Source: a virus. Taken from it: DNA of 64,000 nt. The stretch spans positions 32,001-96,000 of IMG/VR virus record IMGVR_UViG_3300008107_000017. One strand, written 5' to 3'. Position numbers and translations under genes: made by a program. Each line of letters begins with the position of its first letter. Position 1 is the first letter of the stretch. A model generated the notes under the pieces. The model worked only from the letters and a program-made list of their open reading frames with translations, had not been told where the DNA came from and ran no database searches. This document shows positions 10,533 to 20,575 of this stretch, piece after piece.

Positions 10533-12248
10533 ATGTACGCAAATCATTTAATTAATGAGGCTGAAGTACAAAAGACGTGGGCACCTATCATTGAGGAGGC
10601 TACTGGTATCACTGAGAAGTCTAAGTTATCTTGGATGTCTAAGTATTGCCATTACCATAACCTTAATGAAAGTGTTTACAATACTGTACACCTCAATCCA
10701 AACATGAACGTTCAATCAATGGGCGCTCCTACTTTCCCTGGAGATCCTACTACATTGAACGCTTTCTATTCTCAGGCCCCAGGTTCTGGTGATAGACCAT
10801 TCTCTTTGTTGCCACTTGCTATGCAAGTAGCTGCTCAGACTGTAGGTCTTGATCTTGTACCTGTAGTTCCTATGCAAGGTCCTATGGGAGTTCTTACTTA
10901 CCTAGACTTTGTATATGGTGGTGGTCGTGTAACTACTGCTGGTGGTATTAACGGTAACTCTGCTCCTTTAATGATCAAAGTTCCTTTAACTATCGCTACT
11001 GGTGGTGACTTAGCAGTTAACGATCTTCTTTACGTTGGTACTGGTAGCTTCGGTGCATACGAATTAACTTTCGTTGGTAAGTCTCGTATCGATGGTTATC
11101 CTATTTTCCGCGTAAGAGGTAAAGGAACTGACCAAGCTCAAGGTGCTGATCCTTTTGCACAAGGTGAAGAAGGTTATCAGCCAATCTATACTGCAATCAC
11201 TGCAGCTACTGATGGTTATTCTGATGATCCTCTAACTGTAGTTCGTGTTAACTTTGACGGAGCTCCTGAATTAGTTAAAGCTTTAGAAGACCACATCGTT
11301 GGTTTCTCTGGTAATGCATTCGCTGAGAACAACCCTGCTACAGGTGTTCCTTCTTTCGCTGAATCTATTAACAGTACTGATCCTTATCAAAGAGGAGATG
11401 GAGAATCTACTCCAGATAACATCATGGGTCTATCATTGTTCAACAAATCAGTTGCCGCTAAAACTTATCAAGTTGCTGCCGCTGTAACTCGCGAACAAGT
11501 ACAAGATCTTAAGCAATTCGGTATCGATGCAGTTGCTCAAGTAGAAGCTGTATTGGTTAATGAATTAACTCAATCTATCAACAAGTATATCTTGGATAGA
11601 ATCTTCAAGAATGGCGTAACTAACGCTTACCAAGTATCTCAAGTAGACGCTACTGTTCTTTCAGCTGCATTTACTACTGGTGCTACCGGTGCTGTTACTA
11701 TTCCTCTTGGAACTGACAATACTGGCGTTAACCGCTCTGTAACTGTTACTTCTGTATCAGTTGGTGGTGGTGGCGAAACTCAAGGTACATTGCAACGTAG
11801 AATCCTTACTAAGGTTCTTGCTGCTTCTAACTTGATCGCTACTCGTGGCCGTAGAGGACCTGCTACTTTCGCTGTAACTGGCGGTAAGATGGCATCTGCT
11901 CTTCAGGACATCGCTGGATTCGTTGCTTATCCTCTTTCTAACACAGTTAACCAAGCTGGTGGTTCTCTTTACCCAATCGGAGCTATCGCAGGTGTTACTG
12001 TTTATGTAGATCCAAACAGAGACTTTAACGATGTTAAGATCGCTGTAGGTCGTAAAGGTGATGGTAACTCTCCTGGTTTAGTATTCATGCCTTACTTAAT
12101 GGCTGAATCTGTTGAGACAATCGCAGAAGGAACTATGGCTCCTAAAATCGCGGTTAAATCTAGATTCGACTTAGTAGACGCTGGATTCCACCCACAAACT
12201 ATGTACTATGTATTGAACTTCAACTTCAACGGAGTTGATATTATCTAA
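10533..12248 (+). CDS. gp23: Major capsid protein
   Basis: KTWAPII, VVPMQGPMG, EQVQDLK, ELTQSINK, IATRGRRG, GLVFMPY and PKIAVKSR; strongly biased codon use. Confidence 0.93.
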   Translation: MYANHLINEAEVQKTWAPIIEEATGITEKSKLSWMSKYCHYHNLNESVYNTVHLNPNMNVQSMGAPTFPGDPTTLNAFYSQAPGSGDRPFSLLPLAMQVAAQTVGLDLVPVVPMQGPMGVLTYLDFVYGGGRVTTAGGINGNSAPLMIKVPLTIATGGDLAVNDLLYVGTGSFGAYELTFVGKSRIDGYPIFRVRGKGTDQAQGADPFAQGEEGYQPIYTAITAATDGYSDDPLTVVRVNFDGAPELVKALEDHIVGFSGNAFAENNPATGVPSFAESINSTDPYQRGDGESTPDNIMGLSLFNKSVAAKTYQVAAAVTREQVQDLKQFGIDAVAQVEAVLVNELTQSINKYILDRIFKNGVTNAYQVSQVDATVLSAAFTTGATGAVTIPLGTDNTGVNRSVTVTSVSVGGGGETQGTLQRRILTKVLAASNLIATRGRRGPATFAVTGGKMASALQDIAGFVAYPLSNTVNQAGGSLYPIGAIAGVTVYVDPNRDFNDVKIAVGRKGDGNSPGLVFMPYLMAESVETIAEGTMAPKIAVKSRFDLVDAGFHPQTMYYVLNFNFNGVDII

Positions 12249-12270
12249 TCAATAGTAATCATACTGTTTG

Positions 12271-12302
12271 AAAAGGTCCGCTTCGGCGGACCTTTTTTTT
12301 TT
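12271..12302 (+). terminator. Intrinsic terminator after the capsid gene
   Basis: AAAAGGTCCG-cTTCGg-CGGACCTTTT plus T tract. Confidence 0.9.
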
Positions 12303-12329
12303 CTTAATATATAAAACAAAAATAACAAT

Positions 12330-12578
12330 ATGTCACAAGGAGTTTACCGCGCAGCTGTTCTTTATAATTTTAGCCAAGATAAATACATTGCAATAGATCC
12401 TGGCACCATTGGTGGTGATCCTTCGGCGGTTACTTGGACATGGGTTACGAATCCTAATGGTGCTACTAAATGGGTTAACATCGTGGAACTTCAATACTAT
12501 TTAACTGATACACCTATTGGTGATCCTACTATAAATGCATACCCTTGGGAAATCCAATGGCTATACTTTGCAGCATAA
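12330..12578 (+). CDS. Hypothetical protein; single copy of the domain repeated in 12631-13746 (possible capsid decoration protein)
   Basis: RAAVLY...Y...NxNxATKW...WEIQ pattern; late motif upstream. Confidence 0.55.
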   Translation: MSQGVYRAAVLYNFSQDKYIAIDPGTIGGDPSAVTWTWVTNPNGATKWVNIVELQYYLTDTPIGDPTINAYPWEIQWLYFAA

Positions 12579-12630
12579 TCCTCTTTAAAATTTTTACTCC
12601 TAAAAGATATATAAAAATAAAAATTAGATT

Positions 12631-13746
12631 ATGGCAGTAAATAGAGCAGCCGTTATAAAAGCAAAAGACGCTGGAAGATGGCTTAAAGTAGACAATACCG
12701 TATTAGGTGTTAGGGGTGATACTGTTGAAATTGCTGATAACGCAACAAGATACACAAATCTTAATACACTCGATGCACAGATACCTTCTACATACTGGTA
12801 TCCTAACCAATGGGGTGATGAATCAAAGACACTTTTTGATGCAGCAAATGGATATGAAATTAAGGATAAGTTCTTTTCTGATCCGGTTGGATCTACTTCA
12901 TTTGGGGCTGCACCCACACCGAATGTTGCAGGTGGTGCAAAATCATCAAATACATTAGATAGAACAGCTATCCTATATTCATTTGATCTAGGCGCCTACA
13001 TTTATGTGATAAATCCTGGTGCTGCTCCAGCATCCTGGGAAGTTTACCTTGTTTCTAATGAAAATCAGGCAACTAGGTTTGATGATCTTCTTGATGTAGC
13101 TACATGGTTAAATGCCACATCTTATGGCAATGTCCCTTTTGGTTATGGTATTCAACAATATACATTTACTAAAGCACCACAAACCCCATTTTATTCTATA
13201 GGTAACTGGCCTACTACTGCAACCAAAACAATTGTTAGATCATATGTTCCATACTCTAATCAGGAAGGCGCATATCTTCGTGTTGAGGATACCGGTGTTC
13301 CTATTCCTAATATGACATTATCTTATGTTCCAAATGCATGGGAAGGCACTAGATTTGTAAACACTAATGACATTAAAGCCATTATAGATGGAAGACCTGA
13401 TTTCTTTGGCACAACCACTAAAGCAGGTTGGGAACTCCCACAGTTTTTCTTTACTCAGACCGTAAAAACACCTAGCGATAGTAATTTTAAGCAATTCTTT
13501 GACGGTTCGAATCCTTGTGGGGTAACTGATAATAGATACGGAAGTACCCTTGACTGGTTTAATGCATTAGCACAACAATACTGCTTTGACTTTCAAGCAT
13601 TCTATTCCACTATAGTTGATGGTATATTCCAGGACTCTAGCGTTTGGGTTGATTATAAATGTTTTCTTAACTGGTGGGATGCTCAAGATCATGCTGCATT
13701 CCAAGACTGGTTATACAATGACATCTGGTCACCAGTTATGTGTTAA
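12631..13746 (+). CDS. Hypothetical late protein with three internal repeats and a Cys/Trp-rich C-terminus
   Basis: Three diverged copies of the 82-aa domain; late motif at 12605. Confidence 0.55.
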   Translation: MAVNRAAVIKAKDAGRWLKVDNTVLGVRGDTVEIADNATRYTNLNTLDAQIPSTYWYPNQWGDESKTLFDAANGYEIKDKFFSDPVGSTSFGAAPTPNVAGGAKSSNTLDRTAILYSFDLGAYIYVINPGAAPASWEVYLVSNENQATRFDDLLDVATWLNATSYGNVPFGYGIQQYTFTKAPQTPFYSIGNWPTTATKTIVRSYVPYSNQEGAYLRVEDTGVPIPNMTLSYVPNAWEGTRFVNTNDIKAIIDGRPDFFGTTTKAGWELPQFFFTQTVKTPSDSNFKQFFDGSNPCGVTDNRYGSTLDWFNALAQQYCFDFQAFYSTIVDGIFQDSSVWVDYKCFLNWWDAQDHAAFQDWLYNDIWSPVMC

Positions 13747-13768
13747 TAATCGTAAAATTAAATACTCT

Positions 13769-13797
13769 AAAGGTTCGCTTCGGCGAACCTTTTTTTT
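13769..13797 (+). terminator. Intrinsic terminator
   Basis: AAAGGTTCGC-TTCG-GCGAACCTTT plus T tract. Confidence 0.9.
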
Positions 13798-13842
13798 GCT
13801 CTAGACCCTGGAATATATAAATTACTAAAAAAATAATAAGAA

Positions 13843-15000
13843 ATGAAAGAACTTGTCAATTTTGAACATTTTAGAATAATTAAGGAAGCTGAGACTAGAT
13901 TAGAGGCTCATCTTGACCGCGTGGTTGAACAGGCTATTAATGAAGCTGCGCCTAAACCTGCACAAACTAGAGCAGGTGCCCTTTTTCAAAATCCTGTTAA
14001 ATTTTTAAAGATTAAGAACAATGCAAAGAAGTACCAACAAGCATTGGTACAAAAGGCTCTTAATAATGTAGACTATGAAAAGAAAATACAGGCATCTGGT
14101 GGAGAAGTAGATGCAGATAAAAAGGAGGTTCTTAGACAGGCTAATGCTGCAAAGAACCAGGCACTTACCGATAAGGCCAGCGCTATTTCTGACCGTATGA
14201 CTACTCTTGCAACGAGTCCAGGTTTACAGGCCGTTAAATCTCTTGCTATGTCAAAGGCTAAAGTTGCCGCTGCTGAAACTGCTCTTAAAGCTGCTGATGC
14301 CGAAGAAACTAAACAACTTAAGATCCAAATAAAGAAACTTAATGCACAAGCTGCTAAGGCAGAGCAAGATATTAAGGATTATGAAAAGGCCGAAGAACCT
14401 AAAGCAGAAGAACCACAGGCTCAAGAGCAACCACAGCAGCAAGAAATGCCTAAAGTAAAGGATAATAAACCTGCAGCTGAGACTAAGCCCGAAGGAGAGA
14501 CTAAGCCCGAAGGCGAGGATAATACTGAAAAGATAAACGTTATAGATTCTAAGATCAATAAATTAAAGGCAGATAAACAGTCTAAAGAAGATTCGCTTGG
14601 ATCTAAAAAACACCCTGATGTTTTAGCTATTGAAAGACAGATTAAAGCAGAAGAATTAGAAAAAGCAAAATTAGGAGGTAATTCTGATGACATTGCCGCT
14701 GCACAATCTGCTCTTAATGTTGCACAGGATGATCTAAAGGCTGCTGTTGCAACCGAGGAGGATCCTCTTGATAAAGAAATAGCAGATCAGGAAGATAAGA
14801 TAGCTGCAATTAAGAATAAAGCAAAGGATAAAAATAGTCCTCTTGCAAGTCCTGAAGTTTTAGCAAAGGCTCTTGAACCAGAAGAAAATAAACTAAAGGA
14901 TCTTAAAGATAAGAAGGCAGGTAAAAATGAATCTGCTGGTTATATTGGTGAATCTTTTACTGATAAATTTAGAAGATTAAGTAAAAATGTAAATGTATAA
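13843..15000 (+). CDS. Ala/Lys/Glu-rich coiled-coil protein with putative capsid-targeting N-terminus
   Basis: MKELVNFEHF...INEAA start; late motif at 13811; ETKPEG tandem repeat. Confidence 0.55.
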   Translation: MKELVNFEHFRIIKEAETRLEAHLDRVVEQAINEAAPKPAQTRAGALFQNPVKFLKIKNNAKKYQQALVQKALNNVDYEKKIQASGGEVDADKKEVLRQANAAKNQALTDKASAISDRMTTLATSPGLQAVKSLAMSKAKVAAAETALKAADAEETKQLKIQIKKLNAQAAKAEQDIKDYEKAEEPKAEEPQAQEQPQQQEMPKVKDNKPAAETKPEGETKPEGEDNTEKINVIDSKINKLKADKQSKEDSLGSKKHPDVLAIERQIKAEELEKAKLGGNSDDIAAAQSALNVAQDDLKAAVATEEDPLDKEIADQEDKIAAIKNKAKDKNSPLASPEVLAKALEPEENKLKDLKDKKAGKNESAGYIGESFTDKFRRLSKNVNV

Positions 15001-15484
15001 AGTTCGTAAAATAAACTTTGGATGGTATAGAAGGCGGCATGGTATTCTTTTGGAGAACCTGCCGCCTTCAAAGCAACGATTTATGGCAGAGAATGACTAC
15101 CTTAAGTGGTTAGATCCAGACCCGCAAACATATGAAATCATTTTTAAGGTTGAGGATATGAATGACCATGAAAAGAATCCTAATAAGATTCTTTGGAATC
15201 CCTTTAGAGAAACCTTTACCACAATAAAGGAAGTAGAATCAGACTCAAATGTTATAGACTGGAACTGTGCAATCTGTTCTGTAGAGATTAAGGCAAGAAT
15301 GGATTCAAAGAAGATTGAAAACTTTGTATGTAGCAAATGTTCTGAGGCTCATAACTCACGGAATAAAAGGGTTGATCAACGAGTAATAGATTCATCTGTT
15401 AACTTTACTAAACACTGTAAATCTCTTCTAAAAGGTGAACAAAGGGAGTTTATCACACATATTAGAAGATCATTTAAAAGTTAA
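14993..15484 (+). CDS. Hypothetical zinc-finger protein
   Basis: CAIC...CSKC. Confidence 0.55.
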   Translation: MYKVRKINFGWYRRRHGILLENLPPSKQRFMAENDYLKWLDPDPQTYEIIFKVEDMNDHEKNPNKILWNPFRETFTTIKEVESDSNVIDWNCAICSVEIKARMDSKKIENFVCSKCSEAHNSRNKRVDQRVIDSSVNFTKHCKSLLKGEQREFITHIRRSFKS

Positions 15485-16279
15485 AGCTTTTTCTAATGTA
15501 ATCTTAGGCCAGGTATTTAATAAACTATTTGGAGATGCATTATAGACTTCAATTCCTTTTGTCTTAAGTAGATCTGCAAGTATCTTAAATCCTGGGATAA
15601 ATTGATCCCTGTAAATATTATCACCTGTTACCGGAACTGGATATCCATCATGATGATGTCCTCTTTTACCATCATTACCCATATCATATCCTAAAAGAAT
15701 AATTCGTTTTGCTCCTAAATGGTATGCAAGATTAATAGCAGCATATCCGCTATTATTACCATGTGATAGCGTATCTTTGGCTTCTTCTAAACCAAACTTA
15801 TTACCTTTTCTTAAAATCTTAATGTCGCCTATATATGATGGGTGATCTCGTATTGTATATTTAGGGCCTTTGAAATTATCAATGTCGGCTTTCATCCAGG
15901 AATAAACCCTAGAATCTGTCCAATAAAGAACATTTGCTTGAGGAAACGAAAGTAGTGATTTATTGATTGCAATGGTTTTCTTACCATAAAGACCAGACCA
16001 ATTAAAATCTTGAAGAGATGGCCCACCCCCTATAATGAAAACGGTTTCACCTAACCAAATAGGTTCAATTTTACTTATTGGTCTTTTTGTTACTTCAGCC
16101 GATGTTGTAATACTAAGATTTCTTCGCTGTATTGTTGGTATATTATCATTAGCAACAACTACTCTTCCTAACCTATTACTAGATTGCCCTTTCTTAATTA
16201 CAGTTGGAGGTAATCCCTTATTCTCTTTTATGACAGGAACTCTTCTGTCATTACCAAGTAATTTTCTTACTCTTCTCAT
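15470..16279 (-). CDS. MAF/DUF115 (MptE-like, sialyltransferase-fold) putative glycosyltransferase
   Basis: IIGGGPSL, AINK and NSGYAAINLAYHLGAKRIILLGYD; minus-strand GGATAAATAA late-like motif upstream. Confidence 0.65.
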   Translation of the reverse strand: MRRVRKLLGNDRRVPVIKENKGLPPTVIKKGQSSNRLGRVVVANDNIPTIQRRNLSITTSAEVTKRPISKIEPIWLGETVFIIGGGPSLQDFNWSGLYGKKTIAINKSLLSFPQANVLYWTDSRVYSWMKADIDNFKGPKYTIRDHPSYIGDIKILRKGNKFGLEEAKDTLSHGNNSGYAAINLAYHLGAKRIILLGYDMGNDGKRGHHHDGYPVPVTGDNIYRDQFIPGFKILADLLKTKGIEVYNASPNSLLNTWPKITLEKALTFK

Positions 16280-16364
16280 TGATGTCTTATATGATTTTTT
16301 TATTTATCCTTAGTAAAACTATCACTCAGGTTTGCATATAAAAATAAACAATAGTATCTTAATT

Positions 16365-17327
16365 ATGAGAAATGTACAGAATATTCTTTTAACTGAAAAG
16401 TACCGGCCACAAAACTTAGATGATCTTATTACACCTAAACGAGTAGGTGATAAATTATCAAAGGGTGTTTATCAACATCTTCTTTTACATGGTAGTCCAG
16501 GTACAGGTAAAACATCCGCTGCTAAAGCATTGGTTAAACATTTTAAGCATCCATATCTTTATATTAATGCATCAACAGATACCTCGGTTGATATTGTTAG
16601 AAATCGTATTACTGACTTCTGCGCAAACCGTTCCATTATGGATGAACCTGGTAAACTTAAGGTTATTATCCTAGATGAGATTGATGGTGTATCTGATCAA
16701 TTTTTTAAAGCCCTTCGTGCAACAATGGATCAATTTGCATCCAATGCCAGATTTATTGCAACATGTAATTACATTAATAAGGTTCCAGATCCAATTCAAT
16801 CAAGATTTGAAATGATTGATTTTGATTTTACGAAGGAGGAGGAAATGGAAATTATGAAAGGTTACATAATGAGAATTTTACAAATCTGTAAAGAAGAAGG
16901 AATTGGAATTGATAAACATGCAGCTGTTGAATTGGTAAAAAGAAAATTTCCGGATCTTCGTAATATGCTTAATCAACTTCAAGGGTTTAAATCCCAAGGT
17001 AAGGAAACTATTACTGTTGAAGATATTAAGAAGTTTAGTTCGGTTTACAAAGATGTTTATGATCTTATTATTGATAACACTGACCCGGTAAAAAATTACC
17101 AATATATGTTATCAAATTATGCAAACCGAGTAGATGATGTACTCTCTTCCTTAGGCGCTGAATTTATTGAATACATACAACAGGAAAGACCTTCTTATAT
17201 TCAATTCATACCGCAAACAATTGTAACGGTTTCAAAGTATCAATCGCAAAGACAACTTGTAATTGATCCTGCTGTATCAATGCTCGCTTGTATTTATGAA
17301 TTGCAATCAATATTAAATGGTGCATAA
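16365..17327 (+). CDS. gp44: Clamp loader large subunit (RFC-like)
   Basis: EKYRP, GSPGTGKT, ILDEID, IQSRF and FPDLR. Confidence 0.92.
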   Translation: MRNVQNILLTEKYRPQNLDDLITPKRVGDKLSKGVYQHLLLHGSPGTGKTSAAKALVKHFKHPYLYINASTDTSVDIVRNRITDFCANRSIMDEPGKLKVIILDEIDGVSDQFFKALRATMDQFASNARFIATCNYINKVPDPIQSRFEMIDFDFTKEEEMEIMKGYIMRILQICKEEGIGIDKHAAVELVKRKFPDLRNMLNQLQGFKSQGKETITVEDIKKFSSVYKDVYDLIIDNTDPVKNYQYMLSNYANRVDDVLSSLGAEFIEYIQQERPSYIQFIPQTIVTVSKYQSQRQLVIDPAVSMLACIYELQSILNGA

Positions 17328-17328
17328 T

Positions 17329-17493
17329 ATGTCAGATAATTTACTAAATGAATTAATTAAGAGATATCCTAATCATTTTGCATTAGGTGAAGCAGTAAAA
17401 AGATTTTGGGAGTTTAAGAGAGAAAGATCTAATCAATCACAAGAACAGATTGAAAAAGAATTCCTTATTATAAACTTTCAGTTTAATTCTTGA
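17329..17493 (+). CDS. Small hypothetical protein (54 aa, MSDNLLNELIKRYPNHFALGEAV...), not in the ORF track
   Basis: Open frame fills the gap directly after the gp44 stop. Confidence 0.5.
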   Translation: MSDNLLNELIKRYPNHFALGEAVKRFWEFKRERSNQSQEQIEKEFLIINFQFNS

Positions 17494-17524
17494 CCTGTTA
17501 TATTTTAATAAATTACAAAAATAG

Positions 17525-18739
17525 ATGAAAAAAACAGGTAGACACACACTAGTTGTGGATGGAAATTATTTTCTATTCAGAACATTATATGTCTTGCCTC
17601 GTCTAGGTAAGTCTAAAGAATTACTAGGTTCTTCTGAAGAGTCTCAATCCTTTATGGCAAAACTCGCAACTGATTTTGCATACCAGGTTAGATTATTTGA
17701 AGGTCTTATTGATAAAATTGTATGGACGGTAGATTCTCGTTCATGGCGTAAGGACTTTTACCCAGAGGCAGATTATAAAGGAAATCGTAAACAAGATTCC
17801 ACTATTAACTGGGAAAACTTTTCTAAAGTATCAGAAGACTTTATTGGTCTCTTGGTTCGTCAGGGTGTAATTGTTTCAAAAATTGATGGAGCCGAAGGTG
17901 ACGATTTAATGTATGCATGGAATACTGAATCTTTAGCCAATAACAAATCAGTAATTATGTTTACTGGTGACCGTGATATTGTTCAATTAGTTTGTAAAAA
18001 TAATGATACTCATACTATCCTATTTTCACCGGCTCATAAGAAACTCTATACCTATCAAGGCTTCTCTGAATGGATGAATACTGAAGAACAAGAAACATCA
18101 ACAGATATCTTTGATCTTATGAAGGTTTCAGTTTCACCAGAAAATCAAGCAAAGAAGCTATTACAAACTTTGGTAAAAAAGAAAAAGGTTGATATCATAG
18201 AGGTTGACCCCGAAGAGTTTCGTTTTAGAAAAGTTCTTACCGGTGATGCTGGTGATAATGTTACTCCTGCATATTGGTATGTATCTAAAGATCGCCGTTA
18301 TGGAATCAGCGAAAAGAAGGCAGAAGAAATTGTTTCTGAATTCAAACAGAAGCATGGCGTCCTTTCTCATATGTATCTTTATAATGATGAGTTGGTAACT
18401 GACCTTGCCAATATCATTATTCGTGTTATGAAGGCTAAACATATGACCAGGGAACAGATCATTGCCAATATTAAATCAAACGTAAACTTAATGGTTCTTT
18501 CTGCCGAATCTATCCCAGAGGGTATCCTAGACGAAATGTTTCGCTCTATTGAGTCTAAGATTAGTTTAAATACTTTAAAGATTAATGGTGTTTCTTCAAT
18601 GAAATCAATTTTAGAAAATAGCCCATATAAGACAGAAGATACCTCAATAGCAGTTTCATCTAAGATCTTTAAAGATGATGAAGATGACTCTGATTTTTCT
18701 TTCATATCAGATCGTAAACAAAAGGGAAAAATATTTTAA
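17525..18739 (+). CDS. rnh: 5'-3' exonuclease / T4 RNase H-like
   Basis: VVDGNY, SWRKDFYPEADYKGNR, EGDD, TGDRD and LTGDAGDNV. Confidence 0.88.
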   Translation: MKKTGRHTLVVDGNYFLFRTLYVLPRLGKSKELLGSSEESQSFMAKLATDFAYQVRLFEGLIDKIVWTVDSRSWRKDFYPEADYKGNRKQDSTINWENFSKVSEDFIGLLVRQGVIVSKIDGAEGDDLMYAWNTESLANNKSVIMFTGDRDIVQLVCKNNDTHTILFSPAHKKLYTYQGFSEWMNTEEQETSTDIFDLMKVSVSPENQAKKLLQTLVKKKKVDIIEVDPEEFRFRKVLTGDAGDNVTPAYWYVSKDRRYGISEKKAEEIVSEFKQKHGVLSHMYLYNDELVTDLANIIIRVMKAKHMTREQIIANIKSNVNLMVLSAESIPEGILDEMFRSIESKISLNTLKINGVSSMKSILENSPYKTEDTSIAVSSKIFKDDEDDSDFSFISDRKQKGKIF

Positions 18740-18740
18740 T

Positions 18741-19031
18741 ATGACGTCAAGAATGCAAAAAAGAGTAGATGATGCGATGATGGAATGTTATCGTCGTCTT
18801 TTTAGAGAATCAACTCCTAGTGGCAATTTTGACTATTTAGTTGAAACTGCTTCTTTAAATGACAGAGGTCAAAAAGAGATACCTTTTTTAGATTATGAAT
18901 TAGAAGAAAGTAAATGGGAACCTATTTTTAAAGAAATTTATAAAGAATATAAGATCCCTAAATATCTTAGACAATCATTTAGAATATCTATTGTTTTAGG
19001 ATGTTCCCCTAAAACAAAAATGAACTGTTAA
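18741..19031 (+). CDS. Hypothetical protein
   Basis: ORF; probable start at ATG 18741 just after the rnh stop. Confidence 0.55.
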   Translation: MTSRMQKRVDDAMMECYRRLFRESTPSGNFDYLVETASLNDRGQKEIPFLDYELEESKWEPIFKEIYKEYKIPKYLRQSFRISIVLGCSPKTKMNC

Positions 19032-19050
19032 AGTATAATAAAAAAGGAGT

Positions 19051-19467
19051 ATGCAATTATTTGACTACATAAAGGTTTTATTTGGTAAAGACGCACAATG
19101 GGATAAAGTTTCTAGTTATGATAAGTCTCGTAATTCTTTTATGACCAATCGTTTTATGAGTATTAAATTTCCTATCCAGGCAAATCTGTTTAATACTCTT
19201 AAAATTGATCCAGTAGGACAGGCAGAAGCATGGAGAATGGTTGCTTCAAAGTTTAATAAAGTTCCAGGTTTTATTTACACAAAGGTAAAGAAACAAGAAA
19301 AAGAAAAGCAATGGTCACCAGATCCAAAGGCCGTTGAACTTTATATGAAATTTAATGAAATTGGTCATAGAGAGTTTAAAGAATGCCTAAAATATAACCC
19401 ATCAGAAGTCCGAACCGCGATAGATATATTAGAAAAACAGATGGGAAATGATGCTAATAGACAATAA
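19051..19467 (+). CDS. Probable clamp loader small subunit (gp62-like)
   Basis: MQLFDYI...FMTNRFMS pattern, size, and proximity to gp44. Confidence 0.55.
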   Translation: MQLFDYIKVLFGKDAQWDKVSSYDKSRNSFMTNRFMSIKFPIQANLFNTLKIDPVGQAEAWRMVASKFNKVPGFIYTKVKKQEKEKQWSPDPKAVELYMKFNEIGHREFKECLKYNPSEVRTAIDILEKQMGNDANRQ

Positions 19468-20119
19468 GTTTGAGTTAGGTATTCCAACTCACATTTACTT
19501 TACTCTTTATAAGTTTGATCTCATTGATAGTATTATCATATCAAGAGTCATAAAAGAGTGTAAAAACTGGAATGAATCCGGTGATGAAAATCTTTTCACC
19601 GTTGATGTAGAATCTTTTAAGTCTGCTATTAGAGGTAATAAAAGACTGGATCATGAGATCACAAAAGCCGAGGTAGATGGTCTTGCTGCAATGCCTGGTA
19701 ATAAACCTAATTCGGTTACCTTTCTTTGGTCAATTATAGAAAGGCTAGAAAATCTAGAGTGGATGACATTTAGTATTTCTTATGATAAAAAATTCTCAAG
19801 AGTTGTTAAGATTGAGAATAAGGAAATTATGAGCTTTTATTTTAAGATAGAAGAAGGTATTTTTGACTTAACTCAAGTATTCCAAAGAAGCCAACTCGAT
19901 ATTATTAATAAAAAGATTATTGAGTACAAAATAATGCCTAACAAGTATTTAGAAAGATCTTCATATTTTTATATGAAAGCTTCACTTTTATTTGAAATTT
20001 TAGGCCAACTTGAAATTGATGGTACTCTTGGAACATTTGATCTTCTTGATCATATTGATCAAAAACTAGAAGAAGATGATCCTACCCTTTTGGTTAAGAC
20101 AGACTATACTCCTTATTAA
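19448..20119 (+). CDS. Hypothetical protein
   Basis: Long ORF, no recognised motif. Confidence 0.5.
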   Translation: MMLIDNKFELGIPTHIYFTLYKFDLIDSIIISRVIKECKNWNESGDENLFTVDVESFKSAIRGNKRLDHEITKAEVDGLAAMPGNKPNSVTFLWSIIERLENLEWMTFSISYDKKFSRVVKIENKEIMSFYFKIEEGIFDLTQVFQRSQLDIINKKIIEYKIMPNKYLERSSYFYMKASLLFEILGQLEIDGTLGTFDLLDHIDQKLEEDDPTLLVKTDYTPY

Positions 20120-20143
20120 GGAATATATAAACAAAAAGGTCTT

Positions 20144-20572
20144 ATGAAAAGTTTTTTAAGGAGATGTTGCGAATCTAAGCGTGAATGCGTAACATATCTT
20201 GTGGTACTTTTATGGTTAGCTGTAGGTATTACTGCAACATATTTTGAAACCGATTTTACTGCTTTGGCTGCATATTTTGTTTCTTTAACAGGTTTCGTTG
20301 CTTCATATATATTTGGTGAAAGCGTTCGTAGAAGTAAAAATTCTTCAATATTTTTGCCAGGCCCTAACAGTAGAAGAGAAGTAATGATGTACATTACAAT
20401 TGGATTATGGCTAGCCGTAGGTTTATGGGTAATCGTAAATGGTTCAGATCTTATTGGAGTAAGCGCATATTTTGCAGCATTAACACCGTTTGTAGGTTCA
20501 TATATTTTAGGTGAAACTTTCAAAAAGGAAGTGGTTGAAGTTGAAGAAATAGAACAACAAATAAATTCTTAA
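20144..20572 (+). CDS. Four-TM membrane protein made of a tandem duplication (holin-like candidate)
   Basis: Two copies of S[KR]RE...LWLAVG...AYFxxLTxFVxSYIxGE. Confidence 0.6.
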   Translation: MKSFLRRCCESKRECVTYLVVLLWLAVGITATYFETDFTALAAYFVSLTGFVASYIFGESVRRSKNSSIFLPGPNSRREVMMYITIGLWLAVGLWVIVNGSDLIGVSAYFAALTPFVGSYILGETFKKEVVEVEEIEQQINS

Positions 20573-20575
20573 TAC

